A stretch of DNA of 64,000 nt, taken from NCBI GenBank assembly GCA_003141235.1, contig PLLL01000092.1:1891-65890 (forward strand), given 5' to 3'. Below are positions 59,505 to 64,000 of the stretch, piece after piece. The translations under genes and the position numbers were made by a program. Source of the DNA: Dehalococcoidia bacterium (lineage in GTDB: Bacteria > Chloroflexota > Dehalococcoidia > Dehalococcoidales > RBG-16-60-22). A model generated the notes under the pieces. That model was not told where the DNA came from. It ran no database searches and saw only the letters and a program-made list of their open reading frames with translations. Within the stretch, counting starts at the first letter, position 1. Each line of letters opens with the position of its first letter.

Positions 59505-61244
59505 TTATTTCAGCTGCATAAATCCCTTGGTTTTCAGGCTGATATCGCCGCCGGACACATAAGTGCCGATGATATTCCCTCTGGTAATCGGCAAAAGCAG
59601 GTGCGAGGGATATTGCGCATTATGGTATACGGTGATGGTATTAGGCGTCTGACTGCTCAGGTGGTTCATCTTTACCTGGGTCAGGTCCTCGGGCACATCA
59701 TCAGTGCTGGCTATCTTCAGCACGATACTGTGGCCCGCTTTGATGAGGGCGGCGGTGGGGTTCAGGTTGATGGTCAACGGGTATACCTGCCCCGGCACCA
59801 GCGGCTGGGATTTAGTGTGGGTATAAACAGCTGCATACGGTTTTGACTTTTTAATATCCAGCTCACGGTGGGAAGCCTTTAAATAGCCCTGTGTCAGGAA
59901 CGTCTCTTTACCTTCGGCATCGGCATCGAACATATTGATGACAAAGTTCATATCCGTGCCGCGGCATGAGGCATAAAGATTCAGGACGATTGGCCCGGCT
60001 ATCTCCGTATTTTCTACCATCGGCGCCGAAGCGTATTTAATATTCCCGTGATTGCCCGGGGCGTCATCGTAAGAAAATGCTTCGGCCTCCGGCCACGGCT
60101 CTATCTCACAGAGGCTGTGGTTCTCATGCAGGTTGAAAGGGATGAATTTCGTGCCGGGGACGGGGAAATCATCCGCATTAAGCCACTCGCCGGTCCCCTG
60201 GACGAAGAGCCTCACATTCGGCTCGTCCATGATGCCGGTGTCCAGTCCCTTTAGCCAGCAGTCGTACCAGCGCAGCAGCTCCCAGCTGAACTGGTAGAAC
60301 GGCCTGTCGGTATAAGCGGGCGGGCAGTTAAGCAGCTTCTTGGGCATTTTCATTTCCTGCCAGTGCAGGAAGGCGCCGGGACGGTGGGCGGCCGCCACGA
60401 TATAAGACGGTATTTTGATTTTGCTGTAATCCATGATGGCGCGGTCTTCCCAGTAGTCGCACCAGGTGGGATGCAGTAATACATCTATCACCGTGCCGTT
60501 CGTGACGACATCCGGGTTCTTCAGGGCGTCTACCAGCTGCGGTTCGGCGCTGATGTCTTTATCGGCCAGCGCGCGGGCGATGGCCTCTTTATAGCCTTTC
60601 TCCCCCAGCTCTTTCAAGGCTACTTTCTCATCGTGGTGCAAATCAAAATTAGCCAGGGAGACGAGCCATCTTAAAAAACCGTTGGCGAGTAAACCACCCG
60701 GGTACCAGTAAAAGTTGTACATATCCCAGAAAGCGCTGACAGGGGCGATACACTTTAGATGGGGCGGCTCCATCAGGGCTACCTGCGCATGATGGGTGCC
60801 GAAGTAGCCGATGCCGGCCATGCCCACGTTGCCGTTACACCAGGGCTGTTTGGCTGCCCATTCCACGACGTCATAAGCGTCTCCGGCTTCCTTGGAACCC
60901 AGGTGATTGTAAGCTCCGCCGGACTTGCCCGTGCCGCGCACCGACCCGATGATATATACGTAACCCCTCCGCACAAAAAAATCGATTGGCCCTGCCTCGA
61001 CTGAAGCATCCGCGACGCCGCGGATACGCCGGCTCCTGGAAGCCGCCGGCCAGATGCGGTCGGACTGGATGTCTTTATTAAAGGCGGACATCGCTACCAG
61101 TGCCGGGAATTTGCCTTTGCTCTCAGGGCGGAAAACGTCCACGCACACTTTAACGCCGTCCCGCGTGGGTACGAAAATATCGCGGTTGGCGACGATTTCA
61201 TGCTCTCTTTTTGATATCTGCTTGTTGCCGAAGATAGCGTCCAT
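59505..61244 (-). CDS. CocE/NonD-family alpha/beta hydrolase
   Basis: VPTRDGVK..DVFRP, RGTGKSGG, W.A.QPWCNGNVGM.GIGY, GYLKASHR, YPSHLLLP. Confidence 0.88.
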   Translation of the reverse strand: MDAIFGNKQISKREHEIVANRDIFVPTRDGVKVCVDVFRPESKGKFPALVAMSAFNKDIQSDRIWPAASRSRRIRGVADASVEAGPIDFFVRRGYVYIIGSVRGTGKSGGAYNHLGSKEAGDAYDVVEWAAKQPWCNGNVGMAGIGYFGTHHAQVALMEPPHLKCIAPVSAFWDMYNFYWYPGGLLANGFLRWLVSLANFDLHHDEKVALKELGEKGYKEAIARALADKDISAEPQLVDALKNPDVVTNGTVIDVLLHPTWCDYWEDRAIMDYSKIKIPSYIVAAAHRPGAFLHWQEMKMPKKLLNCPPAYTDRPFYQFSWELLRWYDCWLKGLDTGIMDEPNVRLFVQGTGEWLNADDFPVPGTKFIPFNLHENHSLCEIEPWPEAEAFSYDDAPGNHGNIKYASAPMVENTEIAGPIVLNLYASCRGTDMNFVINMFDADAEGKETFLTQGYLKASHRELDIKKSKPYAAVYTHTKSQPLVPGQVYPLTINLNPTAALIKAGHSIVLKIASTDDVPEDLTQVKMNHLSSQTPNTITVYHNAQYPSHLLLPITRGNIIGTYVSGGDISLKTKGFMQLK

Positions 61245-61437
61245 ATTTAACCCTCCACGGTTGCTTTTTTATCGGTGATTCGGGATATTCTACATAGAAG
61301 TACCACGCCACGTATTATACCACAACGGTCAATATATCCTAAAAAACCCTGAAAGCGGGGTAGTGGGTCAATTTGACTTGGTTTATACTTATTCCTATTT
61401 GTGTTAAAATAGTTGCACTTCTAAACGGGGGTGCAAC

Positions 61438-61899
61438 ATGGCTAACTGTGCGGATTGCGGATTTATTACTTTAAGAGATGAAAAAACTAGAGGATTTATA
61501 GAGGTAGAAGATATATATCGAAAAACTGGAGCATTTTCTAGGAATGGTCTATTTGGAATATACCCTCTATGCTTTAAGGATATTTATTGTATCCCAAATG
61601 AAGTAGAGACAGCACGAAAGAAAGTCGGAGATGAAGTTAAAGATGATGGGGTGGGCGGCCAGATATTACCGCAATATGCCAAGTATATAAAAGAGGTTTT
61701 AGACACATCAAGAGATTGTAACCATTTTAGAAAGTGGCAACAAGGGTATTCCCCCAAGGAGCATCAAGGAATGATAGATAGAGAACACGAGAGACGTTGG
61801 CATATTATTGAAGTTACTCTTATATTAGTTGTAGGCTTAATAGCTAGCATAGGGAGTGCTTTAGTTGGAGCATGGATAGCTAACGGTAGGCTTCCGTAA
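61438..61899 (+). CDS. Passenger hypothetical protein (N-terminal CxxC, C-terminal TM)
   Basis: 153-aa ORF, MANCADCGF, further Cys residues, hydrophobic C-terminus. Confidence 0.65.
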   Translation: MANCADCGFITLRDEKTRGFIEVEDIYRKTGAFSRNGLFGIYPLCFKDIYCIPNEVETARKKVGDEVKDDGVGGQILPQYAKYIKEVLDTSRDCNHFRKWQQGYSPKEHQGMIDREHERRWHIIEVTLILVVGLIASIGSALVGAWIANGRLP

Positions 61900-61904
61900 A
61901 AGTT

Positions 61905-62741
61905 CTATTTTGCTAGTTTTACAATATCTTCTACGCTCCAAATTCTATTCGTAATTCCGCTTGCCATAGCAGGTGTTCTAGGATAGGGATTAGCAAGTGT
62001 CTTATGAGGTCTAGCGAAGTTATAGTACATGAAATGGAGTGCTACAGCGTATTCCAGGTTCTCTATCTTCTTAGAAAACGCGTTGGTTAATCTAGTAAAA
62101 CGTCTCATGCTCATTCTCATGGTAAGGTTCTGACGCTCTACAAAGCTCGTAGAGATAAATTTATCATCGGGGTTGCCGCGAATAATTTGTTTTTCTGTTC
62201 CTAGACATATTGCCGGACTATATCGTTTTTCGCCCTCTGATTCTTTGCCGTATAACTTATTAAGCATGGCATAATCAATATCTATACCGAAAGCATCTTC
62301 TACAGTGTTGAGATACGCTTTATTACCATCGGTTGTTAATTGAATCCTGTTTAAAAGTCTATCCTTAGCATCGTTAATAAAATGGGTAGCACATTCAATG
62401 TTTCTTAGGCCGACCAGAAAGCTAACACATAATTTAGTATCAGCGTCCAGAGCGACCCAAGTCCAAACATCACCATAACCGAATTTACCTTGTTTATTTT
62501 CAGGGACGTTCTTTTGTTTGGCATAGCAGAATGACCAAATCTCGTCACATTGAATATGCTTTGAATTGAGGTTAATGAGGGTTTTATCCTGATATAGAGC
62601 GCAAGCCTTACCTACAGACGTTAAGAGACGTGTCACAGTGCCTTTAGCAGTTCCGGTCATTCGGCAAGTGGCACGGATTGAATTACCTTCAACTAGAGCG
62701 GTTATTACCTGCACCTGTTTTTCAATGCTTATCTTATTCAT
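61905..62741 (-). CDS. IS1-family-like DDE transposase
   Basis: HTH (GNSIRATCRMTG), QCDEIWSF, WTWVALD, TTDG, STSFVERQNLTMR, YYNFARPH; start MNKIS with GAGG RBS. Confidence 0.88.
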   Translation of the reverse strand: MNKISIEKQVQVITALVEGNSIRATCRMTGTAKGTVTRLLTSVGKACALYQDKTLINLNSKHIQCDEIWSFCYAKQKNVPENKQGKFGYGDVWTWVALDADTKLCVSFLVGLRNIECATHFINDAKDRLLNRIQLTTDGNKAYLNTVEDAFGIDIDYAMLNKLYGKESEGEKRYSPAICLGTEKQIIRGNPDDKFISTSFVERQNLTMRMSMRRFTRLTNAFSKKIENLEYAVALHFMYYNFARPHKTLANPYPRTPAMASGITNRIWSVEDIVKLAK

Positions 62742-62760
62742 ATCTAACCTCACTAGATAT

Positions 62761-62794
62761 ATTATACATGACCGCTCAAGCATTGTCAATAGTA
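62761..62794 (-). promoter_or_regulatory. Transposase promoter with palindromic spacer
   Basis: TTGACA-17 nt-TATAAT; near-duplicate at 63511-63545. Confidence 0.8.
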
Positions 62795-62850
62795 AATAGG
62801 TTAATTTGAGATAAATATTTTGTAGGAGCTTTATATGGAATGGATAGGAA

Positions 62851-63111
62851 CTATGTATTTTTCTGACGGGGACGACGTGCTAGAAATGAAACAATTAAAT
62901 GATTCCCAAGTAGTAAAAACGTATGTGAAATTATCTCCCAATGACCACCCCGAACCTCATTTAGATTCTCTGGAAGGAGCATCATAGGCTTATTAAGATT
63001 TAGTGTTATTAACTTGCATAAACCACTGGCATCAAGTTTTGCATCTTCGGGACTAAAATCAATTGCAGTTTGGATAGTTGTGTATTCGTATTTTTTATTT
63101 TGCCCAAACAT
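62851..63111 (-). CDS. Passenger hypothetical protein
   Basis: GGAGGTG RBS before MFGQNKKYEY; GGHWEIISH..VSFLARRP. Confidence 0.55.
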   Translation of the reverse strand: MFGQNKKYEYTTIQTAIDFSPEDAKLDASGLCKLITLNLNKPMMLLPENLNEVRGGHWEIISHTFLLLGNHLIVSFLARRPRQKNT

Positions 63112-63134
63112 CTCTATCACCTCCAAAATAATTT

Positions 63135-63308
63135 TTACATAGGGGCTTGTCTTAGTTTTTGTATTATTATAATAGGGGTAACAATAATGCCTATAAGTGC
63201 AGTTAATAGACCGATAGGCCAGAACAATATAGTTAAAAATATACTAAGAATTATACCAAAAATAGAGACAATAATCCCTGCGTATATTACCTTTGCTTTA
63301 TAAGACAT
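63135..63308 (-). CDS. Passenger small two-TM protein
   Basis: Hydrophobic; start MSYKAK overlaps the upstream stop. Confidence 0.5.
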   Translation of the reverse strand: MSYKAKVIYAGIIVSIFGIILSIFLTILFWPIGLLTALIGIIVTPIIIIQKLRQAPM

Positions 63309-63504
63309 TTTTATCCTTCCCCCATCTAGAATTAGCAGCCTTTTTAGCAATCTCTTTTCTTTGTTTCGGTGTTAATTTACTCGCTCTAGCCTTACCACCT
63401 TTTAAACCGCCAAGTCTCCCTAGAGCAACGGCGTTAGGATTTTTAGAAAATTCACCAGTAACTTGTCCAACTATTTTAGAAGCTATTACATTTATATCTT
63501 TCAT
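63298..63504 (-). CDS. Small basic KGG-motif protein
   Basis: KNPNAVALGRLGGLKGGKARASKLTPKQRKEIAKKAANSRW. Confidence 0.75.
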   Translation of the reverse strand: MKDINVIASKIVGQVTGEFSKNPNAVALGRLGGLKGGKARASKLTPKQRKEIAKKAANSRWGKDKNVL

Positions 63505-63510
63505 ACCTTA

Positions 63511-63545
63511 ATTTTACATAAGCGGTCAAGCATCTGTCAATAGTA
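63511..63545 (-). promoter_or_regulatory. Promoter of the KGG-protein gene, probably leaderless
   Basis: TTGACA-18 nt-TAAAAT, 6 nt before the ATG. Confidence 0.7.
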
Positions 63546-63597
63546 CAGAAATTCAAATTGACCCACTACCGAAAGCGGGTAGTGTATCACTATGAAT

Positions 63598-63807
63598 TTA
63601 GTTGTTCAGAATTAGCCTGATGAAAACCCCCAAGTATATCATAACTCCTACTGTCATCCAAACTATGGCCAAAACTTTTAGGGATCGCACTTTTTGTTTC
63701 TTTTTATCTTCCGGCGCTGAAAGATATCTTGCTAAATAAAATAGGGGTACTCCAATAGCAATTAGCACTACTCCCATTGACCAGATAATCAAACTATTGG
63801 TATCCAT
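63598..63807 (-). CDS. Small two-TM protein
   Basis: GGAGGT RBS inside the upstream gene end; two hydrophobic segments. Confidence 0.6.
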   Translation of the reverse strand: MDTNSLIIWSMGVVLIAIGVPLFYLARYLSAPEDKKKQKVRSLKVLAIVWMTVGVMIYLGVFIRLILNN

Positions 63808-63809
63808 TT

Positions 63810-64000
63810 TTAGCTACCTCCCTTTGCCGCTTTCAGGTTTTTCCTCAGGGCCGCGGTAGCGGTAGCATCCACCTTGATGGTCTCGGGATTCTTCGGGTCT
63901 TTTTGTATCAGTACCACGCCGTAAACATCTTTCGCTCTTTTGAACGAAACCAGCCCTTCAATAGCGCCAAACCGCACTTTTTCCGGGTCTCTATCCAGCG
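63810..64000 (-). CDS. Hydantoinase B/oxoprolinase-like protein C-terminus (partial)
   Basis: LDRDPEKVRFGAIEGLVSFKRAKDVYGVV..VDATATAALRKNLKAAKGGS*. Confidence 0.6.
   Translation of the reverse strand, partial: LDRDPEKVRFGAIEGLVSFKRAKDVYGVVLIQKDPKNPETIKVDATATAALRKNLKAAKGGS

Larger units (their letters stand above)
61359..63570. mobile_element. Autonomous IS1-like transposon with passenger genes (2212 bp)
   Basis: Perfect 18-bp TIR GGTAGTGGGTCAATTTGA (61359-61376 / 63553-63570); 8-bp target duplication GAAAGCGG (61351-61358 / 63571-63578); AT-rich; encodes a DDE transposase. Confidence 0.93.

Noticed and set aside
63826..63842. CCTGAAAGCGG inverted match to the transposon's left flank
   Set aside because: Short match inside a coding region with no adjacent terminal repeat; probably chance.
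1..64000. tRNA, rRNA, prophage or integron integrase genes
   Set aside because: None recognised by eye; a tRNAscan/Infernal run would be needed to exclude small RNAs.

Overview
Bacterial chromosomal window. Gene content and style suggest an anaerobic Chloroflexi (Dehalococcoidia-like) organism; this is inferred, not verified. The GC-richer backbone carries the 3' end of gyrA, a TIGR03960-type radical SAM gene, CIRCE-regulated hrcA-grpE-dnaK, and a DsrE/YedF-like gene next to a selenocysteine-type selD (in-frame UGA plus candidate SECIS, missed by the ORF track). It also has an orphan ParA pair, two aldehyde:ferredoxin oxidoreductases, a fluoride riboswitch with terminator upstream of a cation/proton antiporter, an ABC-2 exporter, and type IV pilin-like genes beside a 10-PAS kinase and HD-GYP regulator. 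Further along are a 2-oxoacid:ferredoxin oxidoreductase, a MoxR operon and a beta-oxidation-like cluster. Several AT-rich accessory islets interrupt this backbone. The most notable structure is a family of IS1-like cargo elements sharing an 18-bp end (GGTAGTG[GG/TA]TCA[A/G]TTTGA). It comprises an autonomous 2.2-kb element with transposase, four passenger ORFs and an 8-bp target duplication (61359-63570), a transposase-free single-gene cassette with its own 8-bp duplication (58479-59488), a truncated copy carrying an NYN nuclease and a 34-aa transposase tail (9912-11116), and an orphan end at 63578. All product calls come from motif recognition by eye; no database searches were run.
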